Shown here: piece after piece, positions 12,401 through 25,250 of the stretch
Numbering within the stretch: position 1 is the first letter of the stretch
How the letters are laid out: each line of letters begins with the position of its first letter
Assembly: GCF_006345805.1 (NCBI RefSeq)
Contig: NC_043004.1
Span: 24,180,001-24,244,000, forward strand
Length of the DNA: 64,000 nt
Direction: 5' to 3'
Source: Octopus sinensis
Lineage: Eukaryota
Position numbers and translations under genes: made by a program
Notes under the pieces: model-generated
What the model was told of the DNA's origin: nothing
Databases searched by the model: none
The model's input: the letters and a program-made list of their open reading frames with translations, nothing else

Positions 12401-14369
12401 TTATTTTATTTATAATAGATATTGATCATTAGCTTTTATTAGATTGCTAATCACCAGGTTGTCAAGACTTGAAGAGAATGATTGAAATCTCATTTATTCT
12501 TATACTTCTTCATGAAGCCATGATAAGACCCAACTCAACAGTCGTTCTTTTCTGGAATACTAAACACACAAAACAGCTTGTAGACATATATAACAACATT
12601 TACCTGGTTTTCAGAGTAATGAGACTGAAAATGCTTTCATATATTTAATTTGGAAGTAAAATTGCTTGTGGATAAATTAGATTTAATTAACGGCCTTCGG
12701 CGTAAAAAATATCGAGATACTTTCCTATTGATATTCCAGAAGATTTCTCAGCCAAGATATCTTGAACATATATGAAAAAATAATACTGTTAATCTTAAAA
12801 CAAAATTGAGAATCTACTTTCTACATTCTCCTTTAACAAATATCTTCACAGAATTCCAGTCGAATATATTCTTTACTGTACTGCAATCAGATAGAGGCAA
12901 GTAATTAATTTTCTGAAGTTAAATAAGATTCAATCTATTTGAAGACAAAATATCTAAATTAAGACGAAATATCCAAATTAAATCGCAAAAATCCAAAGCA
13001 GGACGAAAATATCATTTCGTCTGGATTGTCATTAATTAGAAAATAAAATCTGAAAGACATTGTTTCTTTACTGGTTTCACAATATCAACAAAACACATTC
13101 ATAATTAATTTATCAGAGAAACATGATTTATTGCTTTTGAAATCAGCAAGACACTGCAAAGAAATTCAGCCATGCATTTTTATGTAATATATTTAGATCG
13201 TGTAATTATATAACTAGTGATTAAGATAAATTAATAGTTTACCTTAAATGTATTCTTCACCTATTAAATAACCGCTAGTTGTTGTTAAAAATAAACAAAC
13301 ATCAAATATCTCAAAAAGACAAATTACTTAGAACTATGCTATTCCAGTGAGAATTGTGGCCAATTTAGAAGTAAATATATCCATATAATATTAAATTTAT
13401 ATTATATGTAACAAACTGACCGAGCGACAACAGTTCATTGTTTTGTAAAAATTATTCGGCTAATATAATACAAAACACAAAATTCTTCTATCTAAAATCA
13501 CACCCTGTATTCTGTCTTACATCAGACCCAAAGCAGTATCATTGTTACTTTATGAACATGGATGCACAGTACTGCTTCTTTTATATACGACGAAATTTTA
13601 TTCCGCTGAATGGCTAATCGCTACATCATGGCTTTTCAATTGCTGTTTTCTTATATCAGTACCGAAAGATTTTGTCTAGCATGCAGTAGTCTGTTGGTAA
13701 AAGCTACCAACAAAGTCCAACGAAACAGACGTATACTTCTAGCACTCTCAACACCGCTACTAGCTGGTATTCTCTACTACTGATATCGTTTTGTGGTGTA
13801 AAACACCGTACGTATATAAAGGATATAACTTAGTAACGAATACTGCACTTAATTTCCCTTAAACGATATAACTATATTATGCATGATATATGGGTGCTTG
13901 TATGTGAAGAACGTGTGCATATGTATAAGTGTGTATTTGTTATTTATTTTTGTTGTGGGTTATTGAAATTCAAGTAAAATTTTCAAGATCTAGACCTTGT
14001 CACCTCTGTAACAATTTTATAAACTTATTTGACCTATGTACAAGCAGATCCAATAAATACAAATGAAATACTTGTAAAAAGTAGGAAAAGGAACAGTTGA
14101 AAAAAGCACCATAAAATGCCACAAAGGGAAACTGCGAAATAAACCACATCGAAAGTTTGTGATGTACGTGTAAATTTTTTTAAGTGTTACAAGCACATAC
14201 GCACTCGCGACGCGCACGCACACACAAACAAACAAATATATATATATATATATTATATATATATATATATATATGTGTGTATATATATATATGCATGCAT
14301 ATACACAAGCATATACACAAGCATATATATATATAATTATATGTACACATGTACATATATGTACGTATT

Positions 14370-14582
14370 CTCTTTACTTGTTTTCAGTCATTGGACTACG
14401 ATCATATTGTGGAACTCTTGAAGTATTTATCGAATGAATTCACTCTTGGTACGTATTTTTAAGTCTACACTAATGCCCTTGAAGTTATGAGAACGTAAAG
14501 AAACGAATACCGTTTGATAAGCTATGGGTGAGAAACGCAAGCTCGAATGCACGTAATTACATACATACATACATACATATAT

Positions 14583-14619
<37 letters not shown>

Positions 14620-14810
14620 CATACACACGACCTAGGTTCGATGCAACTTCCATCTATAAAATTCACTCACAGCCGGCGTTAGGTGGGACGGGACTACTAT
14701 AGAAGGCAATCACTTGCTCAAGATAACACGCAGTGGGACTGAACACTAAAGTACATGGCTGTGAAATGAATTCTCAACACACCCATGCACGCACACACAC
14801 ACATGCCTGT
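14370..14810 (-). mobile_element. Decayed and interrupted SINE family A
   Basis: Tail tttacttgttttcagtcattggact at ~14375; head remnant acgcagtgggactgaac at ~14727; microsatellite and unrelated DNA between them. Confidence 0.55.
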
Positions 14811-14934
14811 GAGCGCGATTGCATGCATGGTACTGGGGCTTAATTTATTTTTCTGTTCTGTACCACTGGACGAAGATTTTGTTTCTTTCCTAATTACAGA
14901 GTACTTAAATAAGAACTTAGATAATATCCTTTTC

Positions 14935-15135
14935 TGCTCTAGGCACAAGGCCCGAAATTTTTGAGAAGGTGGCAAGTCGATTAGATCAACCCCAGTATGC
15001 AGCTGGTACTTAATTTATCGGCCCCGAAAAGATGAAAAGCAAAGTCGACCTCGGCGGAATTTGAACTCAGAACGTAAAGACAGACGAAATACCGCTAAGC
15101 CCGATGTGCTAACGTTTCTGCCAGCTCGCCGCCTT
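14935..15135 (-). mobile_element. SINE family C
   Basis: tctaggcacaaggcccgaaattt...gtcgacctcggcggaatttgaactcagaacg...gccagctcgccgcc. Confidence 0.9.
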
Positions 15136-15236
15136 TGAATTTAGACAATATCAACACAGTAATGCTGCACCTAATGGTGTTTTTACAAGTGTATGTGCTT
15201 ATGAATGGACGAATTTGTGTAAGTTGTAGCATATTT

Positions 15237-15269
15237 TGTTTCACACAAACATCTTGTTTGTGTGAAACA
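15237..15269. other. Perfect 15-bp-stem hairpin, 3-nt loop
   Basis: tgtttcacacaaaca-tct-tgtttgtgtgaaaca. Confidence 0.95.
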
Positions 15270-15870
15270 GGTTGAGTAACGAACGTACACGTGTATAAAT
15301 TATCTCAAAATTTAATTTTTAAAATAATGGAGAAAATGGCAACGAAGAAATGCGATATAACTCTGGAATTTTGCTCCAGTAATCTCCTGTCAATCTAAAC
15401 GAATAGAAAAATGCTCACAATAATACCAGTTTTAATGTATTTTAATAAAAAATGTGACGTTTATGGACTATTTTAAAGGTTTTATCATGGCTGTCATCCT
15501 TCTGAATGAAATCGAACAAGAAACTCTCCTTCACTATGATGTCTACTTCCTGTTTCCATTTTTAAAGCTATTCGCTTCTTTGTCACTTCCAGTTTACACT
15601 TTTGCTGCTCCTGATATTTTCCTTTGAATTATTGAAGTCGTTCTTTTTGTCACAAGCGCTATTTTTTGTAATGATTATTGCAATTAAATATTACTTGGTG
15701 TGTTGCTGTTATTGTTGTACACATTTTTGGTTTTGTTAGTTAATTTTTGTCGCATTATTATCCATTTCATGTTGTTGTCGTAATTTATCACATTATTATG
15801 GATATTCATGTCACTGCGTTTTCTAGGAGATCGAGCGACTGCAGAAATTATTGGAATAGTGAATGATATC

Positions 15871-15916
<46 letters not shown>
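15871..15916. repeat. (AAT)n microsatellite
   Basis: About 15 AAT units. Confidence 0.95.
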
Positions 15917-15917
<1 letters not shown>

Positions 15918-15924
15918 ATTTTAC

Positions 15925-16095
15925 AATTTCGAATTTGAGGTGAGGGACTAGTCGATTAGGTCGACATTATTCCTCAGCTAGTAATTATTTCATCGACCCC
16001 GAAAGGATGAAATGCAAAGTCGACCTCGACATTTGAATTTAGAACGTAAACCCGAAAGAAATGTTGCTAAGATTTGCTCGCTTGCTAACGATTCG
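15925..16095 (-). mobile_element. Decayed SINE family C
   Basis: tcatcgaccccgaaaggatgaaatgcaaagtcgacctcg...ttgctaacgattc. Confidence 0.75.
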
Positions 16096-16866
16096 ATAAT
16101 AAGCACATTTCCAATAAATAGACCGCTACTGTTAACTTTTATATTTTATTTTAATATTTATATGAATTTATGTGTTAAACAGTAATGATTAGAAATCTCA
16201 TTCGTGAAGGTTTGAAACAGTTTTCAAAACAATTTGTAAGCAGTTTTGCTGACAACATTCTTGCACTAAAACAGTGAACGTGGTTCTCTTGGTGGAAAGA
16301 GGTGGAAAGAGATGCAGTGTATTGTTCCGTCCATGTCCTTTTCGTAATTCTGGATAACTGAGGAGAGCGGATACTTCTGATGTCCATTTTATGGCCCCTA
16401 GACTGCTGAGTATACGGTGGAGGTAACTAAAACCCATGGGCTCCAGCAACTAAATGTCATTCTTCAAGGAATGAAGAACGCCTACCCATGTAAGGAGCTT
16501 CCCTCGAATGGTTGTAGCTGCAATGAATGATCTCAATACCGGATAGTTGTGTGTAAGCATCTTAGGAACAGTTATATCTGCCAGTTTTCTGCGCCGTCTT
16601 CATCTTCCTAGAATGACATCATATATGTTACTGTCGGACAATTGTAGAAGAGACCGGCCCAAATCACCGCTCAGTAGTGCCGACGTTTCAGAGATTTGTT
16701 GGTGATATTCAGACCATCAAAATCTCCACCAACAAACAGTCCTTGTCTTCTCTACAAGGAATGTAAAATGGCCAGGTGTGTTTACGTTCTTGCTTCAGGC
16801 AAAAACACATTTTTGTGACAAGATTCTGTTCAATAAATAATATAAGCACCCACTTCTACTCTCATC

Positions 16867-16932
<66 letters not shown>

Positions 16933-18301
16933 CCTTTCATTGAATCCTCACCTTCTCCCACTCCCAACACCCTCTCACCTCCACTGATTTTTATTCCACG
17001 ATTAATATCTTCCTGTAGTTTAATAAATTTACATGCTATATCAGTTGTGTTGTTGTTGTTATTGCTGTTGCCTCCGTTGTTATATAGTTCTGTGTCAGTA
17101 CTTAAATAGCAGAGATATAATCAAAAACGATTCAGCCGCAATTTCTAGAGGCTCCCTGACGATTAAAAAAAAACAGTAATAAGAAGGACGTACAAGAGTA
17201 TAGAACTTATGTGATAACTGGTAGCCTGAATGTCATGAACGAAACCTCGCCATTTGGCTCTAGGCGAATTCCCACAATGTAGCTCTGCGGCCAATCTTAT
17301 TTTATCATTGCCTCTAGGTGAAACAAACCATGACGGTGTAAAACTGTGACGACAGGAAATCAGTGAGACTTCGTTGATGTATATAATTTCTTGTATGTAT
17401 ACATAGGACGTTACCCGATTACATATGAATATGCGTGACATAGAATTACAGGGGACTTACGTCATACAGGTAGAAACCAATGTGATCATTGCTTAACGAA
17501 ATGCAAACTATGAGGCTGATACAGAAATTATAAATGGATAATGTCTGGACCTTGAAGTAAGTTGTGATTGATAAATCTTCCTGAAGGCAAATCACCTCTA
17601 AAACAAGACTTTTGTGCCAGGATGATATTTAGGAAAACTCCAGTGTTGTGGAGAAGAAATATTCTCGAAATAAAGTGAGATTGTAGATTCTTTGGTATTT
17701 ATTTGTGTTTTTGCTGGTTTGCATAGATTGAGATGAATCTAGGTGAATTATACATATTTAGCAACAGCAATTTCCGGGTATTTGAAAAGAAATACCGAAA
17801 GCTTTCTTGTAATTATACTGTAAGTTCCGTTATTATTCATCGTTATTTTGCTACCATTGCGCAGTCTGCTAATCTCTGTTCAATACATGCTGTCAAGAAT
17901 TATTAAAGACATATTATTTTAAAGGATCCTTGCATACGTGAAATACATGTCGATGAACTTTTAAATAAACGATTATAAATATACAACGTAATTGAAACAT
18001 TTGGAAGGTGTATCATGAGATAAGATATAAAAACTAGTAAACATAAATACTCAAATACGGAACACTACATTGAAACTGAAGAAAGTGTTTAATATATAAA
18101 GGTAACAGCTTCGTGAATAAAATCTCAACGTGGTCACGTGACTTGCTAGAATTAGCAACCAGATGTTCCGTAAATCATACTATTCTGTTATCTGAAATGT
18201 AGAAGTCGCTGACTAATTTAACTCCATATGATACACTAAGAACCAAAAAAGATGGGACAGACGGAGTTGGAAATGTACTGAAACATATGTGTGTGTGTGT
18301 G

Positions 18302-18357
<56 letters not shown>

Positions 18358-18406
18358 TAGATAGATAGATAGATATACAGGCATATGTATGTATGGGTAT
18401 ATATAC

Positions 18407-18447
<41 letters not shown>

Positions 18448-18510
18448 GTGTGTGTGTGTGTTTGTGTGTATGTATAAATATATGTATATATACACAGCAA
18501 ATACATATGC

Positions 18511-18555
<45 letters not shown>

Positions 18556-19238
18556 AACTTACATACATGAGAACACACACATACGACGGGCTTCGACTAT
18601 ACAGTTTCGACTATCAATTGTCCCTCATACATATTTATCAATCCTTGCCTATATTAGAACACAGTTCCTCAATAGTATCGAATCCAGTCAGACGATATTT
18701 TTAACTGTACACCAATGGATGCAGACAGCATGAATAATGTTTAAATGAATATATTTATTATGTCTGATAACAATAAAATACGTTGCTAGATGATCACATC
18801 CTCGGAATAATTCGATCGAAATGTTTCCCTATCTTTTCCTTATATCTTCTCTTTATTGGGAAATGTCAGTGAGTCAAAAGCCTATTTTCCTCAGCCAGAA
18901 CATGTTGTTAAACATCTATATTAGTGCAAATCGAAATAATTTTTGACGCATTGAGATAAAAAGCGATAAAAATCTCAATAATGCTAGAAATGAAAGTATG
19001 ATCTGAAACAATCTCCAAATACACGTGAATGATTGGCTGATGATTTTAGCATAAGAATTATAACCTGAAATATGTGTATCCCAGAAGTACACCTAGTGAT
19101 AGAGGCATATAGGCACACATATTCTTTCACCTCATAATCTAGTTATATATATATATATATAAGCTATTAGTTCTAGATCTCTGAACGGGAAATATACAGC
19201 AACAATACTTTAGAGTAAAGTTTATTTGGCAATATATA

Positions 19239-19590
19239 TCTCTTATTATAAAAGGCAGATTTTATCTGCCTCCCTTTGGGAGTTATACAAATCTACAATA
19301 TAGGATTTCTTCTTCAATTACGATTTACCTAGCATTTTAAGAGTACAATGCATCGCGTCATGCCAGGTCAGTTTTTCAAAATTTAAACTCCAATTAAGCA
19401 AAATTTACAGAAAACTCACATTCTGGTGTGTGTCAAATGCTTTTCTTAGTCTGGTTTACACCACACGCAAACGCACACACCAGTGGGCAACGAATAAAAT
19501 GAAACTAATTCACTTACTGTAGTGAGTGATTCTTTCACTCTGCTCCCACTTCCTATTTCCACACATAGACACGCAAATATATAAATAAAA
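19239..19590 (+). mobile_element. Helitron-like non-autonomous element, 5' part
   Basis: A|TC start (tctcttattataaaag, similar to the 20810 start) followed by a subterminal hairpin aggcag-attttat-ctgcct. No CTRR 3' end found and the right boundary is approximate. Confidence 0.4.
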
Positions 19591-19753
19591 TTGTAAGCTA
19601 ACGTGCGTGTGTGTGAGTGTGTGTGCGTGTGTGTGCGCGTGTGTGTGTGTGTGAGGGTGCGTGTGTGTGTGTGTGCGTGTGTGCGTGTGCGTGAGTGTGT
19701 GACAGGAAAGTTTTTTACGATGAATATAAGACCTATATCCAAGTAGCAGAAAG

Positions 19754-20013
19754 ATAAGACAGTAAGGTGTGATTTGAGGGAGATTTGGCTGCTATTTCTA
19801 CCTACCATGTCTAGCTGCCATGTAGGGGTCTCCCTCATAGGCTCATACATTATACATAGATAAGACAGTAAGGTGTGATTTGGGGGAATTTGGCTGCTAT
19901 TTCTACCAGTCTAGCTACCATTAAGGTCCCCCTCATTGGCTCATATATATATACATACATAAGACAGTAAGGTGTGATTTGAGGGAGATCTGGCTGCTGT
20001 TTCTACCAGGTCT
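19754..20013. repeat. Tandem triplication (periods 106 and 99 bp) of a dispersed module, ataagacagtaaggtgtgatttgagggagatttggctgctatttct
   Basis: Units start at 19754, 19860 and 19959; related single decayed modules at ~2251, ~9793, ~18132, ~41851 and ~63071. Confidence 0.9.
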
Positions 20014-20084
20014 GTTAGGCCTTCTCATGTAAACTCAAGCTTTCTCATGCCTTGAACATAAGACCAAAGCAGAGAATGTATTCT

Positions 20085-20345
20085 TTTATTCTTCTGCTTT
20101 TTCCAGCCATTGGTCTGTGGCCATGCTGGGGCAATGCCTTGAAGAATTGTAGTTTAATGAATCAACTCCAGTTTTATTTTTTTAAGCATTGTACTTATTC
20201 TATCTGTTTCCTTTGTCAAACCACTAGGTGACGGGGATGTAAACAAACCAACATCGTTGTCAAGCGGTGGTGGAGGACATCACAAGCACAGACCGCACAC
20301 ACCACACACATACATGCATACACATATACAACAACATACATACAT
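20085..20345 (-). mobile_element. SINE family A 3' body
   Basis: tgtggccatgctggggcaatgccttgaag...tacttattctatc...gacggggatgtaaacaaacc...gttgtcaagcggtgg. Confidence 0.75.
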
Positions 20346-20376
20346 ACATATATATATATATGTGTGTATATATATA

Positions 20377-20697
20377 TTGCAGCGTGGAAGGTGTTTGTAA
20401 GCCATTTAAGAAACACAAAAACCGTTACATTCACTTCAACATTTAAATTTAATTTGCCAAAATATTTTCGTCGCTTTGAGACCGCGACCTGTTCACTGAC
20501 AAAAAATATCGTGCTAACAGGTCGCGGTCTCAAAGCGACGAAAATATTTTGACAAATTAAATTTAAATGTTGAAGTGAATCTAACGGTTTTTGTGTGTTT
20601 CTTAAATGGCTTATAAACACTTCAACGCTGCAACTGTTTTCGTTCCAGGCACACGATCTCAGATCAAGTCACTTGCTATGCAAGTACATCTCTGTAA
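20377..20697. repeat. Asymmetric foldback element between (TA)n tracts (arms ~118 bp, 22-nt spacer, 64-bp unpaired extension)
   Basis: 20377-20493 is the reverse complement of 20516-20633 (~94%; inner 36 bp perfect); extension 20634-20697, then (TA)n. Confidence 0.95.
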
Positions 20698-20809
20698 CTA
20701 TATATATATTATATATATATTATATATATATATATATATATGTATATTGGTAAAAACAGTAAGATAACAAAAGAAGAAAAGGACCTCAATATTATGTAAA
20801 TAGAGGAAA

Positions 20810-21213
20810 TCTTTATATATAAAAGTGAGGTTGTTGTCTGTCTCCTACGATTTAGATTCCTAACTACTCCCACATTTGCGGTTGCAGTTTAACCACAAAA
20901 CCGGGTATTGTATAGTATTATAGTCGTGATTCATATCGAGACCGTCGGGGTATTAGCGCGCGTCTACGATGAGTCTACGATTTAAAAAAAAATTACCATC
21001 AATTTTTCCCATTGTTAATCCATTTTTGACATATATAAGGGAAGTAACTCTCTAAAAATTTATTATTAAATCTCAGAACGTAAAAAGCTACAGTAACACC
21101 CCTCCCCCTTTGTGGTTAGCCATATTGAGATGGCTATTATACTTTACATCTCTAAAAATGCTTATATAATTATTTTCCTTACAAACCCGAGCAACGCCGG
21201 GCGATACTGCTAG
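20810..21213 (+). mobile_element. Complete non-autonomous Helitron (404 bp)
   Basis: 5' A|TC (tctttatatataaaag), 3' GC-rich hairpin cccgagcaacgccggg (21186-21201) 8 nt before CTAG|T, no TSD. These are the canonical Helitron termini. Confidence 0.85.
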
Positions 21214-21977
21214 TATATATATAAACATTGATTAGAGAACTAACATCAAATCGGGCCAACGACTTTATATAACACCAAGCTCCCATACATTTCTTGATAT
21301 ATAAACATTACCATAGCTTTCAACATATAAAAGGAATACATATATAAACGCACTGTAGGTACAAAAATATATATGCACATATAAAATACAAAATATATAC
21401 AAAGGCCTGTCAAGAAACGGTATATACAAATCAACAAAAATAGGTAATCAAAGTGAATTACTAATTAGATAATGAATTACTAAATAGGTAACCAAAGTGA
21501 ATTTTTTAAAGTCTTTTGTCTCAATTTAATTTGAGCACGTCTTTATTTTGCTGTCCTATAAACTATTTTTGTTTCCATTCAAAGAAACAAAAATTATCTT
21601 TTGTCTTATATATGTGTGTGTGCCTTTTTGTGTGTGCGTGTGTATGTGTGTGTGTTTGTGTGTTTGTGTGTGTGTGTATGTGTGTGTGTTGTGTGTATGT
21701 GTGTGTGCATATATATTCATACGCATGCATGTACATATATATATATATTTATATGTATACATAAATATTGAAATGTATATATACATATATGTATGTATAT
21801 ATCTATATATATATAATTTATATAGCTATGCATTTATACTATAATATGATACAATATATATACATATATATATATATAATATATATATAATATATTATAT
21901 AATACAATATATATATATACATGCATACGTATAAAATATATGTATATATGTATACATATATGTGTATATCTCTGTAC

Positions 21978-22017
<40 letters not shown>

Positions 22018-22159
22018 ATTTATATATATACATATATACACGTATACAAAATACACTAGCATATATATATTTATACAGTAAGCACACACACATATGTATA
22101 TATAACTTTACTTATTTATATATTAATTCTTCTATCTTTTCTTTTTTCGTTTACTTGTT

Positions 22160-22362
22160 GTTCATTAAATGCAGTTATGTTGGGCCACTGCTTAGAAAGG
22201 ATTTAGTTGAAAAAAATCCCCCCTAAAACTTATCCTTCTTTTAAAGCCTGGCACATCCCTATTTTATCGGGCTCTTTTGCCGATCCCTAAGGTACAGTAA
22301 TGTGAAAACAAACAAAAACAAATGTCTAGCGGTGAAGATAGACACAAACACAAAGACACACA

Positions 22363-22415
<53 letters not shown>

Positions 22416-22600
22416 ATGTGTCTATATGCGCGTGTGTGTATTTGATGGTTTTGTTTTAGTTTACGTCTAGCAAATCCATTCACAAGGCTTTGCTCGTATA
22501 TTAGAAGAACCTTGCCTGAAGTGCCGACACGTGTTTCTGAACCTAAAATTGTATCATTGGGAAGAAAGCTTCTCACTTCAACGCTAAGCCTGTTCCTATT
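22160..22600 (-). mobile_element. Decayed SINE family A with (TG)n at the internal microsatellite site
   Basis: ctcttttgccgatccctaag body; (TG)n 22366-22413; gtctagcaaatccattcacaaggctttg head-proximal part. Confidence 0.65.
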
Positions 22601-22635
22601 TTCATAACCGTAAACATCAAGGAGTTATATACATA

Positions 22636-23070
22636 GGCGTAGGAGTGGCTGTGTGGTAAGTAGCTTGCTTACCAAACACATGGTTCCGGGTTCAGTCCCA
22701 CTGCGTGGCACCTTGGGCAACTGTCTTCTACTATAACCTCGAGACGACCAAAGCCTTGTGAGTGGATTTGTTAGACGGAAACTGAAAGAAGCCCGTCGCA
22801 TATATGTATATATATATACATATATATATATATACATATATATATATGTATGTGTGCGTATGTGTTTCTGTGTTTGTGTTTGTCCCCCCAACATCGCTTG
22901 ACAACCGATAATGATGTGTTTGCGTCCCCATAACTTAGCGGTTGGGCAAAAGAGACTGATAGAATAAGTACTAGGCTTACAAAGAATAAGTCCTGGGGTC
23001 GATTTGCTCGACTAAAGGCGGTTCTCCAGCATGGTCACAGTCAAGTGACTGAATCAGGTAAAAGAGTAAA
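22636..23070 (+). mobile_element. SINE family A, best-preserved + strand copy
   Basis: A-box-like tggctgtgtggtaag, B-box-like ggttcagtccc, CORE-like gtggcaccttgggcaactgtctt, internal (TA)n ~22800-22850, 3' body ending gactgaatcaggtaaaagagtaaaa. Confidence 0.9.
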
Positions 23071-23528
23071 AAAGAACAAAGCAAAATATGTTTAAGCATA
23101 ATTCTGATACTCATGTTTTATCAGGAGAAACATAGCATATACGAAGTAAAATACATATTCTTTATAAAAGTATGTCAGTCTGCATAGTTGGGTCACGTCG
23201 CAGTAGAAACAGCTTAAATTCAAGATGCACACGCACTCTACATATAGAGATAATAATCCTGTTTCCGGGAGATCCAACCCAATGTGGAATTGCATATCAG
23301 AAGAGTAAAATTATAAATGTTTCAATTATACAAATCGATAACGGCAAGTAAAATATTGGAGTTAATTATTTATAAATACACGTCACTGTGCATAAAGAGT
23401 GAAGGGAAAAGATGAAACAGAATTTCTTTAATCTAATTTTACCAGTGTAACGCATGCGAAGCCCTTTCGTATTGCATATACCTCCTGCTTACACACACAC
23501 ACACATAGTGTATATACAAACAAACGCA

Positions 23529-23588
<60 letters not shown>

Positions 23589-23734
23589 ATTACATTTATA
23601 CGTGTGTGTGTGTGTATTTATCTAATTATAGATATAGATATATACCTATATATATATCTATAGAGAGAGAGAGAGAGAGAAAAGAGAGAGGAAGACCAAA
23701 TTTCGGTTCTTGTGCCTAGAGTAGAAAAGATAGA

Positions 23735-23778
23735 TAGATAGATTGACAGAAAGATAGATAGGTAGATAGATAAATAGG

Positions 23779-23862
<84 letters not shown>
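23735..23862. repeat. (TAGA)n microsatellite
   Basis: Direct reading. Confidence 0.95.
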
Positions 23863-23863
<1 letters not shown>

Positions 23864-24139
23864 GCACATACATACATGCCAAAATATAAAGTAGGAGATG
23901 TTCTCGAGAAAGAATTTTACTGTTTGCTGTCCAAGTCCCCAGATGAACCTATATCACAGCAAGAAACTCAAGAAGAGAGCAGCAGTACCGAAATCTCCGC
24001 TTCTTCAAAAGACAATCAGAAATATATGGACATGAAAAAGGTGATACCCTTAGAGGTGCCCCAGCACAGCCACACTCTCTGGGTCGAAACACATAAAACA
24101 ATAAAAGAATACCAACAGTATACACACGCGCACACACAC

Positions 24140-24836
24140 CAGTGGCGGCTCATATATAAGCACTGCGGAACTGCAGCACCCCCTATTTCCATCGTCAGCA
24201 AGCTTAGCATTATAATCAAATTATATCGATAACATTCAATATGATGTGTCCTTTTCCCTTTAATTCATTCTTTATACTTGTACATTATATAATCCTTAAG
24301 CTTAATGTCAGTAGCCAACCCCTAGTTTCTGAAAAATTGCAAAAATCCTTCTATAGAACTGTGCGCGTCACAGTTCTAGCGACGTGGTGTTCGGCTGTTA
24401 TCCGAGATAGGATGCTTCACGCTAGGGAGAGACAGCAGTGTCGTTCATGTAGCGCTGATGAATGGTAGTGCTTCCTTTTGACTCTGTGGGTGTTGTGCTT
24501 ATAAACGCGTTTATATTCATAAATGTGATAAAGTGTAGAATTAGATTAGTATCCTGCTTCCAGCTTCAGTGTTTCTGCCAGGTTTTGGAAAATAGGGCAC
24601 ATCCCCCACCTTATTTTGTGATTTAGGGGGGATTTCTGAAAAACAAGGGCAAATTCACGGCGGTGTTCACTGAACAAATTAAATTCACTACCCGGCAGTG
24701 GATAAAACGCGATCCAATCAAATTTATGAATAAATTATATTTTTATACGTTTGATTCCTTTTACACAATATTAAAACAACAGCTCGAAATTTTCTGAAGC
24801 AGCACCCCAATTAATTCTGTCTACGAGCCACCACTG
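24140..24836. mobile_element. Non-autonomous hAT-like DNA transposon (697 bp) inserted in (CA)n
   Basis: TIRs CAGTGGCGGCTC / rc CAGTGGTGGCTC (11/12); 8-bp flanks ACACACAC on both sides (24132-39, 24837-44); GCAGCACCCC subterminal motif near both ends. Confidence 0.8.
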
Positions 24837-24857
24837 ACACACACCACACACACACAG

Positions 24858-24915
<58 letters not shown>

Positions 24916-24917
<2 letters not shown>

Positions 24918-25250
24918 CGGAGACCATCTTCAATCACGAATGACCATGGGATTGCACCTAGAAAGTTACCCTCCTACGCTCAAGTCCGGGCAAGTTTGTT
25001 TATGGAAGACCAGCAGTCACCCATGCATACCGGCCTCTCCTCTCCGCGCCACCAGCGTTATCCAAGGGAAAGGCAAAGGCCAATACAGCTTGGCACCTGT
25101 GATGTCGGAACTCTTTTCTACAGCTGAATGAACTAGAGCAATGTGAAATAAAATGTCTTACCCAAGAACACACCATGCAGCCCGGTCCGCGATTGGAACT
25201 CACAACCTCATAGTCGTAAGCTCGACGCTCTAACCACTGAGCCATGCGCC

